Source: Eledone cirrhosa (Eukaryota). Taken from it: a stretch of 64,000 nt of DNA. Position numbers and translations under genes: made by a program. The notes beneath the pieces were generated by a model. That model ran no database searches and was not told the origin of the DNA. It saw nothing but the letters and a program-made list of their open reading frames with translations. This document shows, one piece after another, positions 11,942 to 23,252 of the stretch. The number at the start of each line of letters is the position of its first letter. The stretch's first letter is position 1. The DNA is taken from assembly GCA_964016885.1 (NCBI GenBank), contig OZ024740.1, positions 152,458,001 to 152,522,000 of the forward strand. Direction: 5' to 3'.

Positions 11942-14900
11942 GTTTATTTTAAACATACAGAATATTTTCGAATATTCTATGTCTATATTCACATATATAT
12001 CGCTATTTCAGAGCATTTATTCCAATTTCTAATTTCTGCCGAACCGGCAACCGCTCTTTCAAACCAGTTCCTGTACACAGCTAAGTATTCTATAAGTCTC
12101 TAGCTGTGTCATTCTCGATAAAAGCACTGGATATGTAGTCCTGATGATTTCTAACGAGAATGAAACGCGTAGATTACTTCCCTTGCTTTTATCGAGAATC
12201 TAATTGTAATACGTGACGTATTCTATTCTATAGCGATTAGGTCTTCAAAATGTTTATTTTAAACATACAGAATATTTTCGAATATTCTATGTCTATATTC
12301 ACATATATATCGCTATTTCAGAGCATTTATTCCAATTTCTAATTTCTGCCGGACCGGCAACCGCTCTTTCAAACCAGTTCCTGTACACAGCTAAGTATTC
12401 TATAAGTCTCTAGCTGTGTCATTCTCGATAAAAGCACTGGATATGTAGTCCTGATGATTTCTAACGAGAATGAAACGCGTAGATTACTTCCCTTGCTTTT
12501 ATCGAGAATCTAATTGTAATACGTGACGTATTCTATTCTATAGCGATTAGGTCTTCAAAATGTTTATTTTAAACATACAGAATATTTTCGAATATTCTAT
12601 GTCTATATTCACATATATATCGCTATTTCAGAGCATTTATTCCAATTTCTAATTTCTGCCGGACCGGCAACCGCTCTTTCAAACCAGTTCCTGTACACAG
12701 CTAAGTATTCTATAAGTCTCTAGCTGTGTCATTCTCGATAAAAGCACTGGATATGTAGTCCTGATGATTTCTAACGAGAATGAAACGCGTAGATTACTTC
12801 CCTTGCTTTTATCGAGAATCTAATTGTAATACGTGACGTATTCTATTCTATAGCGATTAGGTCTTCAAAATGTTTATTTTAAACATACAGAATATTTTCG
12901 AATATTCTATGTCTATATTCACATATATATCGCTATTTCAGAGCATTTATTCCAATTTCTAATTTCTGCCGGACCGGCAACCGCTCTTTCAAACCAGTTC
13001 CTGTACACAGCTAAGTATTCTATAAGTCTCTAGCTGTGTCATTCTCGATAAAAGCACTGGATATGTAGTCCTGATGATTTCTAACGAGAATGAAACGCGT
13101 AGATTACTTCCCTTGCTTTTATCGAGAATCTAATTGTAATACGTGACGTATTCTATTCTATAGCGATTAGGTCTTCAAAATGTTTATTTTAAACATACAG
13201 AATATTTTCGAATATTCTATGTCTATATTCACATATATATCGCTATTTCAGAGCATTTATTCCAATTTCTAATTTCTGCCGGACCGGCAACCGCTCTTTC
13301 AAACCAGTTCCTGTACACAGCTAAGTATTCTATAAGTCTCTAGCTGTGTCATTCTCGATAAAAGCACTGGATATGTAGTCCTGATGATTTCTAACGAGAA
13401 TGAAACGCGTAGATTACTTCCCTTGCTTTTATCGAGAATCTAATTGTAATACGTGACGTATTCTATTCTATAGCGATTAGGTCTTCAAAATGTTTATTTT
13501 AAACATACAGAATATTTTCGAATATTCTATGTCTATATTCACATATATATCGCTATTTCAGAGCATTTATTCCAATTTCTAATTTCTGCCGGACCGGCAA
13601 CCGCTCTTTCAAACCAGTTCCTGTACACAGCTAAGTATTCTATAAGTCTCTAGCTGTGTCATTCTCGATAAAAGCACTGGATATGTAGTCCTGATGATTT
13701 CTAACGAGAATGAAACGCGTAGATTACTTCCCTTGCTTTTATCGAGAATCTAATTGTAATACGTGACGTATTCTATTCTATAGCGATTAGGTCTTCAAAA
13801 TGTTTATTTTAAACATACAGAATATTTTCGAATATTCTATGTCTATATTCACATATATATCGCTATTTCAGAGCATTTATTCCAATTTCTAATTTCTGCC
13901 GGACCGGCAACCGCTCTTTCAAACCAGTTCCTGTACACAGCTAAGTATTCTATAAGTCTCTAGCTGTGTCATTCTCGATAAAAGCACTGGATATGTAGTC
14001 CTGATGATTTCTAACGAGAATGAAACGCGTAGATTACTTCCCTTGCTTTTATCGAGAATCTAATTGTAATACGTGACGTATTCTATTCTATAGCGATTAG
14101 GTCTTCAAAATGTTTATTTTAAACATACAGAATATTTTCGAATATTCTATGTCTATATTCACATATATATCGCTATTTCAGAGCATTTATTCCAATTTCT
14201 AATTTCTGCCGGACCGGCAACCGCTCTTTCAAACCAGTTCCTGTACACAGCTAAGTATTCTATAAGTCTCTAGCTGTGTCATTCTCGATAAAAGCACTGG
14301 ATATGTAGTCCTGATGATTTCTAACGAGAATGAAACGCGTAGATTACTTCCCTTGCTTTTATCGAGAATCTAATTGTAATACGTGACGTATTCTATTCTA
14401 TAGCGATTAGGTCTTCAAAATGTTTATTTTAAACATACAGAATATTTTCGAATATTCTATGTCTATATTCACATATATATCGCTATTTCAGAGCATTTAT
14501 TCCAATTTCTAATTTCTGCCGGACCGGCAACCGCTCTTTCAAACCAGTTCCTGTACACAGCTAAGTATTCTATAAGTCTCTAGCTGTGTCATTCTCGATA
14601 AAAGCACTGGATATGTAGTCCTGATGATTTCTAACGAGAATGAAACGCGTAGATTACTTCCCTTGCTTTTATCGAGAATCTAATTGTAATACGTGACGTA
14701 TTCTATTCTATAGCGATTAGGTCTTCAAAATGTTTATTTTAAACATACAGAATATTTTCGAATATTCTATGTCTATATTCACATAGATATCGCTATTTCA
14801 GAGCATTTATTCCAATTTCTAATTTCTGCCGGACCGGCAACCGCTCTTTCAAACCAGTTCCTGTACACAGCTAAGTATTCTATAAGTCTCTAGCTGTGTC

Positions 14901-16030
14901 ATTCTCGATAAAAGCACTGGATATGTAGTCCTGATGATTTCTAACGAGAATGAAACGCGTAGATTACTTCCCTTGCTTTTATCGAGAATCTAATTGTAAT
15001 ACGTGACGTATTCTATTCTATAGCGATTAGGTCTTCAAAATGTTTATTTTAAACATACAGAATATTTTCGAATATTCTATGTCTATATTCACATATATAT
15101 CGCTATTTCAGAGCATTTATTCCAATTTCTAATTTCTGCCGGACCGGCAACCGCTCTTTCAAACCAGTTCCTGTACACAGCTAAGTATTCTATAAGTCTC
15201 TAGCTGTGTCATTCTCGATAAAAGCACTGGATATGTAGTCCTGATGATTTCTAACGAGAATGAAACGCGTAGATTACTTCCCTTGCTTTTATCGAGAATC
15301 TAATTGTAATACGTGACGTATTCTATTCTATAGCGATTAGGTCTTCAAAATGTTTATTTTAAACATACAGAATATTTTCGAATATTCTATGTCTATATTC
15401 ACATATATATCGCTATTTCAGAGCATTTATTCCAATTTCTAATTTCTGCCGGACCGGCAACCGCTCTTTCAAACCAGTTCCTGTACACAGCTAAGTATTC
15501 TATAAGTCTCTAGCTGTGTCATTCTCGATAAAAGCACTGGATATGTAGTCCTGATGATTTCTAACGAGAATGAAACGCGTAGATTACTTCCCTTGCTTTT
15601 ATCGAGAATCTAATTGTAATACGTGACGTATTCTATTCTATAGCGATTAGGTCTTCAAAATGTTTATTTTAAACATACAGAATATTTTCGAATATTCTAT
15701 GTCTATATTCACATATATATCGCTATTTCAGAGCATTTATTCCAATTTCTAATTTCTGCCGGACCGGCAACCGCTCTTTCAAACCAGTTCCTGTACACAG
15801 CTAAGTATTCTATAAGTCTCTAGCTGTGTCATTCTCGATAAAAGCACTGGATATGTAGTCCTGATGATTTCTAACGAGAATGAAACGCGTAGATTACTTC
15901 CCTTGCTTTTATCGAGAATCTAATTGTAATACGTGACGTATTCTATTCTATAGCGATTAGGTCTTCAAAATGTTTATTTTAAACATACAGAATATTTTCG
16001 AATATTCTATGTCTATATTCACATATATAT
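11938..16030 (+). repeat. Tandem array of 13.2 x the same 310-bp monomer in the opposite orientation, right arm
   Basis: tgtttatttt at 11941, 12251 ... 15971; reverse complement of the left-arm unit; merges into (TA)n at about 16025. Confidence 0.95.
12135..12177 (+). ncRNA. Type I hammerhead ribozyme (first of 13 plus-strand copies, period 310)
   Basis: Helix I gtagtc/gattac, CUGAUGA 12141-12147, helix II ttct-aacg-agaa, GAAA 12162-12165, palindromic helix III cgcg, GUA site at 12171; distal helix I extension 12111-12126 pairs with 12184-12199. Confidence 0.85.
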
Positions 16031-16041
16031 ATATATATATA

Positions 16042-16098
<57 letters not shown>

Positions 16099-16113
16099 AT
16101 GTGTGTCTGTATG

Positions 16114-16153
<40 letters not shown>

Positions 16154-16155
<2 letters not shown>

Positions 16156-16430
16156 AGGTCACCAGTTGGTGCTACTGGTAACATGTATCCCAGTACAACC
16201 TGTCTCATGGTCGGGTCGTTGGCGACTAAACTGGCAACCCCACCAAGGTTTCTTGGTGAGGAGGGTGACTTTGGACATCCTGCAGGACTAAAAACAAAAC
16301 TTGTCAAAGGGCAAAGGAGCTCATAAGAGTCAATGGCCATCCAAAATCACCGGGAGAGATGACCCCTTAGCCTTTGTCAAGGCAGAATTCTAGGAGAAGG
16401 AAAACTCTGATATAACACCTGCAACCCTGA
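16154..16430 (+). mobile_element. Probable 5' UTR fragment of an RTE-type LINE
   Basis: GC-richer segment with 'ggcgactaaa' and 'ctaggagaaggaaaactctga', motifs I recall from RTE 5' UTRs; no ORF support. Confidence 0.4.
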
Positions 16431-17346
16431 TGGTATCCAATGATGTTGACTTGTTCTTCTTTTTGGTAAATATCATCTTGGTTAAGAGAGTGGGACTGAC
16501 TTTGTGCAGTGCCTTTGCTCACTATAAAAGCTTCACGGCACAAGCATTGGTTTATATCTGGAGATCTCTCTGCACTTGTCGTCACATGGTACGATGGGCC
16601 CAGCACTGTGTGTCAATAATTGTCGCAAGTGTAGTGTTTGTACCAGAGTTTTCAAGTCGCTGGCTGAACTAAAAAGCCACACTCGTTCAGCGCATCGGTA
16701 GGGGTTCTCCTATATGGATATAAAGTAGTGGCCGTACTCGAAAACGAGTTGGCAGCCACTATATATATATATATACGACAGTATACACACATATAGTATA
16801 GTCCAGAAATAGCCGTCGAAACGGCTTAAGCTCTGCCGTCGTGGTCCTGATTCTTTTCCTATAAGACAGTATATAGAGAAAAACACACAAAGAGGTATGT
16901 ATTCAATTATAGGGGATAGAATACCACCAGAGTGAAAAACAGTGTCTACGAAAAGGAATGGAGAATACATCTTTATATATATAAAACCGAGGATGTGTGT
17001 GTATCTGTGTACAATTTTGGATACCTAATGCTTTTATAATTACCAACTGAATTTGACCAAATTTTCGGTGCACGTTTCACAGGTCGCTAAGATGGTCACA
17101 TCACAAACATTTTTCCAATCGACCCACGTTGAGCAATAAAAAATCGATATCAAAATTATCGGTAGCAAAATTGATGTAAGGGAGATAACCAACTTTATTG
17201 GCAATCCTTATAAAGAGAGTGAGGTATGGAGACCTTCGTTTTCAATTTTAAAACAACAATCATTGTCGAACGAAATTTCAGAAATATAAACATCAGATTC
17301 ATTTGAAGATAAATCACTAATATTATCGTTTGTTTCTTGTTTATTC

Positions 17347-17785
17347 TTTGTTGCACATTCAAAGTTTAAAAAAACACTTGTTGTTTTAACTTGTTTCACT
17401 ATATTAAGTGTTAATTTTCGCGTTAAGGGCCTAATCTCGCAGCAGTCTCGAATTGACGAGATTTTGATGATGGTGTGTTTATTTTTAGAACAATCGTTAT
17501 GGGACTTACCATTCAAACCATTGAGACCTACAACTTTTACCTTTTTAAAACTTTCATAAGCCATGTTGATACAAAAAAAATTTGTTGCACTTTCAAAGTT
17601 AAAAAAACACTTGTTGTTTTAACTTGTTTCACTATATTAAGTGTTAATTTTCGCGGTAAGGGCCTAATCTCGCAGCAGTCTCGAATTGACGAGATTTTGA
17701 TGATGGTTTGTTTATTTTTAGAACAATCCTTATGGGACTTTCCATTCAAACCATTGGGACCTACAGCTTTTACATTTTTAAAGTA
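17347..17785 (+). repeat. ~234-bp tandem duplication inside the Helitron
   Basis: tttgttgcac..ttcaaagtt..aaaaacacttgttg starts at 17347 and again at 17581, with high identity. Confidence 0.85.
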
Positions 17786-17875
17786 ATTTCGTCCACATTT
17801 GAAGCAGGCATTATCTATGCTTCCAGCTGTATTCGTACACATCAAACTTTTTTGACAATGAAGGAACATACTGAA

Positions 17876-18421
17876 CAGGATTCTTCCTGGATGTCCACGG
17901 ATATATAAATCTCTTGATACTGTATGTGATCCACAGGATGCGGTCAACTATCCAGTTGAATTTCTAAATTCTTTAAATCCTCCTGGTTTACCTCTTAATA
18001 CATTGGTTCTGAAAGAGGGAACGCCAGTTATTTTGCTGAGAAATATCACTCCTCCAAAACTATGCAATGATACACGCCTTGTGGTTAAAAAATGTCTCCA
18101 CTTAGTATTGACGCTACCATTCTATCCGGATGTGGAAAAGGCGAGGATGTGATAATAACAAAAATTAGCCTGACTACATCAGGCGTGGATACTCCCTTCT
18201 CCTTTCGCCGAACCCAATTTCCCCTTCGTGTTGCCTTTGCGATGTTCATAAACAAGTCGCAAGGTCAAACTCTGTCCGTCGCTGGAATTCACTTGGATGA
18301 ACATTGCTTTTCGCACGGACAATTCTACGTTGCCTGCTCACGAGTTGGCAGTCGTGATAATCTCTTTGCGTTTGTTCTGAAAAGAAAAACAAAGAATATC
18401 GTCTATCCTGAAATGATTTAG
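17876..18421 (+). pseudogene. Helitron Pif1-like helicase C-terminus (frameshifted)
   Basis: 'YPVEFLNSLNPPGLP..L.LKEGTPVILLRNI.PPKLCN.TRL', then 'RRTQFPLRVAFAMFINKSQGQTL..AGI.L..CFSHGQFYVACSRV..TKNIVYPE'. Confidence 0.92.
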
Positions 18422-19383
18422 TGTTAACAAAAACACTTATTACATCTCTGCCTTGACTTCACCTTACTCATTACAAAACATACAAATGAATATATCATGC
18501 AGGATATTTTGGATTATAAGTTCAAAATTTAACCATGCACAGCAAAGGATGCTCTCAAAGAATAGATTTTCTCTTATTCTACTCTCATTGTTTTTTTGGT
18601 TTGTATACAACTCTGCTTTCATTACAACTTTTTGTACTTTAGCAAAACTGCCTGTTTTTTTACAGATTTGCAACGTGTATTGTCTTTAATCATTTGTATA
18701 ACTATATCCTGTTCAGTGTTTTCCTTCATTATCAACATAGTTTTATGTGTACAAAGATTGTACTAAATATTCGTTTGCATTAATTATTGAAGACTTCTAC
18801 TTATTTTGACAGGTTGGGGACAAATAATGTTCTTCTTTTACTTCCTAGCTGTATATTCTTAGCATAATTTCAAACCCCGAGCAACGCCGGGTAAATCTGC
18901 TAGTATCAATTAAAAGAATAAATTAAAATGTACAAACCATCCGTTTATAACTACAATGTCCGTTATATAACTCTATATAGATGTTGCATTTCCGCTCAAT
19001 GGTCTTAACACATGTTAATGTGATTTCATACATAAGTGGTCACTACATTCAAGGATAGAGTGCAAACTGCATGCACCAGCGATTGAACTTGCCTAGTAGT
19101 AATGGTTGATCTATCACTGAAATTCCATCCTCGACCATCTTCTGGATTCTTAGTCCCTCGCTTCTATTATTGAGTGACCCATACTACAGACCCCTTAGAC
19201 ACTTCACAGACGTCTGTGTATACACCAACTGAACCTGTGATTTCGAAGGCCCTTCAGCATACCAAACTGATTCCTCCAGTACATCTGTTGAAGCATTTCA
19301 GAACGGCATGCGTTTAAGTCGCTGTTGTTTTTCATGTCCTAGTTCATTTCCGGTACACATATATATATATATGTGTACCGGAA

Positions 19384-19748
19384 TAAGTGGCCGAGATAAA
19401 GGCAGATAGTTGGTCAGTCGTCCTCTTTGTCTCTGTCTCTGATTTTTCGGACGGATGGTTTTTTTGCATATTCCTTTGTTGTATTCCAGTGCCTGATGAT
19501 ATCGCCGGATTCTTGTGGAGCCCGGTCGGTCGTTGAGATGATCATGGTGTGGTGAAACTTTCGGGGATTTGCACCAGTCCAGCCTCCTGTTATTTTATTT
19601 TATGTATAATTAACTCCGTATTCGCACCACAAACTACACAAACGAAGATGGGTGAACTGCACTGCGTTGAGTACTCTTCACAATATTACACCAGGATTGA
19701 CCATACGGAATGACTAGTTCTATCCAGTGGTGAACCAACAAACCTAAA
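19384..19748 (+). mobile_element. Non-coding element with decayed HHR (same family as 34130-34663)
   Basis: Homologous to the reverse complement of 34130-34450; contains ctgatga..gaga-tgatca-tg; ends in (TA)n. Confidence 0.7.
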
Positions 19749-19789
19749 TATATATATATATATATATATGAGTGCGTGTATGTGTGCGG

Positions 19790-19824
<35 letters not shown>

Positions 19825-19945
19825 CTTGTGTGCATGTGGGGGGTTGTATTAATATTTATACCGACGGCAAATAAACGTATTACGTGCATGAAATCAGTAG
19901 TTTTCAATATAATTGAGTTGATGGCACACATTCATATGTATATGC

Positions 19946-20033
<88 letters not shown>

Positions 20034-20034
20034 A

Positions 20035-20065
<31 letters not shown>

Positions 20066-20669
20066 ACATGTCTGTGTGTGTATTCTCAGGAAAATGGAAA
20101 AACACGGCGTATGGAAGCTGTTAAAAACACCAAAATACCGTCGAAGCGGCGTTTGGTAAAATATTACCTAAAAGGACAGCCTAATAACTGAAACCAGTAA
20201 AAGGATTCGTCGTGCATGTTGAGCTTATGTATACCCGCCTGCATGTCTGGACATATATATGAGCCACTACAAATCATGTCTCTCTTTCTCTATTTTACTC
20301 GCTCCCCCCCCCCCCCCTTCTCTCTTTCTCTCTCTAATACACAGACATATGCGCATACACCACCTACATCATTTCTAGGTCAACATTTCATTAATTATAC
20401 TGACCGCTATACTTTTTTGTCATATCACTTTACAAACTAAACCTTCACAATTCATAATTGTCTGCGCTCTTATATCTCTCTCCTACTTTTTCTCTATCTC
20501 CCCCTCCCCTCTCTCCCCCTTTCTCTCTTTCTCCCTCTCTCTCTTACTCACTCTTTCTCACTCCATCTCCCTCTCTCTCTTTCTCTCTATCTCCCCCTCT
20601 CTCCCCCTTTCTCTCTGTCTCCCTCTCTCTCACTCTCTCCCCCTCTCTCTATATATATATATACACATA

Positions 20670-20757
<88 letters not shown>

Positions 20758-20762
20758 AAAGT

Positions 20763-20802
<40 letters not shown>

Positions 20803-21056
20803 TATGAAAAAAACCACAAACCCTCCATCTCAATTCTACTTTTGAAAAGCATAAGAACTGCGAAACCGGTAAAGGAACCAAATAAATATTCTTAAAAAGA
20901 CTCCAGCTGCATTTTCAATTTCATATTTTTTCCTTATATATATATATATATATATAAGGATTAAAATACTGGAGCGTGTTGGAGTTAAACACCCTCTTCG
21001 TATTATAGAAATGACAGTAAAAGGTATAGCTCAATGTAATTAAACAGAGCCGAAGA

Positions 21057-21310
21057 ATTATGAAAATAAAACAAAGAAGCCTTCAATACATCAAAAGTCT
21101 TTATTAGCCAACAATGTTTCGTCCTATTAAGGACTCATCAGGGCAATCAAAACCACAAGAAGTACTATTGGCCAATACAAGCCGGCTTGTATTGGCCGAT
21201 AGTACTTCTTGTGGTTTTGATTGCCCTGATGAGTCCTTAATAGGACGAAACATTGTTGGCTAATAAAGACTTTTGATGTATTGAAGGCTTTTTTGTTTTA
21301 TTTTCATAAT
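21057..21310. repeat. 254-bp spacerless palindrome carrying two divergent HHRs
   Basis: Centre acaa-gccggc-ttgt at 21183/21184; arms nearly identical. Confidence 0.95.
21223..21260 (+). ncRNA. Minimal type I hammerhead ribozyme (mirror copy 21107-21144 on minus)
   Basis: gcc-CTGATGA-gtcct-taat-aggac-GAAA-cattg-TT-ggc. Confidence 0.85.
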
Positions 21311-21327
21311 ATATATATATATATATA

Positions 21328-21990
21328 GTAATTAATAATAATAAATGTGAAGACTAAAATATAAAGAGGGCTCGATGAGGATAAATATATATCAAATATA
21401 TAAGAACCCTAGAGCAAATATTTATTAAAATAAAAGATTAAAGTTTAAGCAAAGAATCGCTGCTTTCACCCTTAACGGGATCTTCTGAAACTAAAAAAAA
21501 TCAATCTGTGAACGCAGAAGGAAATATTTCGAAAAACGTTGCAACCGGAGGAAAACAGAAAGACGATGCTTTGGTTCGTGAAGATGTTCCCTGGCAATGA
21601 ACGGAAAAAAGCGAAGACAATACGTCGTTATATGGAGCAATGAGAACAATTACACGCAAAGACAAAACCATGTTTATGGTATAAATGGAGTTATTAGACT
21701 AATACGAGCTCGTATTCTATTTAGGAAACCGAATGATTCTCGGCTTCGGAGTTAAGAATAATTGTTTCTACTTTTGGCACAAGGCCAGCAATAATCCAGT
21801 GCATTACTGGTGCTTTATTTTATCGACCCCGGAAGGATGAAAGGCAAAGTTAACCTCGGAGTTAAGAATAATGTAAATAAATTAGTTGAACGAAAATTAT
21901 AAAGGTTATTAAATATGCATACACGCATCTATATACGTACATACACGTGCATACGCGAAAAAACACGCCTTGCATATACTAGCACGTACA
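21328..21990 (-). repeat. Second copy of the 2457/26096 repeat family, interrupted by a SINE
   Basis: Sequence similarity to 2457-2800 and 26096-26445. Confidence 0.75.
21763..21855 (-). mobile_element. 5'-truncated SINE (family A) with ~17-bp target-site duplication
   Basis: tcggagttaagaataat at 21746-21762 and 21856-21872 flanks the SINE body. Confidence 0.85.
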
Positions 21991-22120
21991 TATATACACA
22001 AGGAGAGAGAGAGAGAGTTAAATTAACAGTTTAAATTTTGAACCTATTCTTTCTTGTTTTAATTTTACGTTACTTCGCCCTCATGCATACATATATGTAT
22101 TATGTTATATTATTTTATTA

Positions 22121-22224
22121 CGGAGGTTAACTTTGCCTTTCATCCTTACGGGGTCGATAAAATAAAGTACCAGTAATGTACTGGGTAATTGCTGGCCTTG
22201 TGCCAAAAGTAGAAACAATAATTT
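22121..22224 (+). mobile_element. 5'-truncated SINE (family A)
   Basis: gaggttaactttgcctttcatccttacggggtcgataaaataaagtaccag..agtagaaacaata. Confidence 0.85.
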
Positions 22225-22940
22225 TATTACAGGCTACAACCGGCAGGTTAAGGCCATGCTCTGGCAACGCCATTATTGCTACACATTTTATAGCTAACTT
22301 TCTTTAGTTGGTCATTGATACAAAAGGGATATTATTGCTGTCGCCTTAATTTGCGCTCGCCTTGCCAAGGATCTTGGTTGGTAGAATGTCGAGATGTCCC
22401 GTGAAAACATTTACATGCACACAATGTAGATCTCTCAGACTTTTTGACAGTTTATTAAAATGCTGGGGTTCCTTGAACCGCAATTTATTGCAGTATGTGG
22501 TTGTGATTCACGCGACGGATGGAAACTTTGGTACTACACAGTGGCGTCCTGTTTGTGGGTTGGTCCTGCCTTTAATGCCGACATTTGGTGCTAACCCTTC
22601 CAAGATCTTCCATATGTACCACTGCGTATCTTTCCCGTCTTCACTCCAGGGAGTAAAGATTTAGCTTTTTAGCCTCTCCCAGTAGCTTATCTTTTTCTTT
22701 GAGGCGATCCTCTTGGTGAAGCTTCGTTGGATTGCTTCAAGTTCTGCAGTTAATTTGACACAGTGCGGTGACCACAGCTGAGAACAATAGTCTAGTCCGG
22801 CTGAGAACGAAAGCTCTCCAGAGTACCAACATGGTTTCCGGGTGTCTTGTCCTGAAGAACTTCAGAATCCAGGCCGGCAGTCGTCTGCACATTGCTGACA
22901 TTTTGGTGTTGGTGTATCATTGCTCATGTCAATACTCATT

Positions 22941-22945
<5 letters not shown>
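22225..22945 (-). mobile_element. CR1-group LINE 3' fragment
   Basis: Reverse complement encodes 'LDYCSQLWSP..LEAIQRSFTKRI..YWERL..LNLYSLE.RRERY..WKILEG'. Confidence 0.8.
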
Positions 22946-23022
<77 letters not shown>

Positions 23023-23121
23023 TGCTCTGCATACACGCATAGAGCTTAACTAGCTACCGTCACATATTTGGTAGGTCAGACGTGATCATCGCGATTCACA
23101 TACGACCTACCATACATCTTA

Positions 23122-23238
<117 letters not shown>

Positions 23239-23252
23239 CTATCTATCTATCT

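Larger units (their letters stand above)
16970..18903 (+). mobile_element. Internally deleted Helitron with both termini
   Basis: 5' A|TC start (tctttatatatataaaa), 3' hairpin cccg-agcaacgc-cggg then CTAG|T at 18900-18904, and an internal Pif1 helicase remnant. Confidence 0.9.

Noticed and set aside
8538-16030. CRISPR array or tandem rRNA/snRNA/5S cluster
   Set aside because: Units are identical along their whole length (no spacers), the context is eukaryotic, and I recognise no rRNA or snRNA sequence
8538-16030. Pure sequencing fold-back artefact
   Set aside because: Arms differ in copy number, phase, private substitutions and flanks, and smaller elements show the same architecture. Copy number still needs read confirmation.
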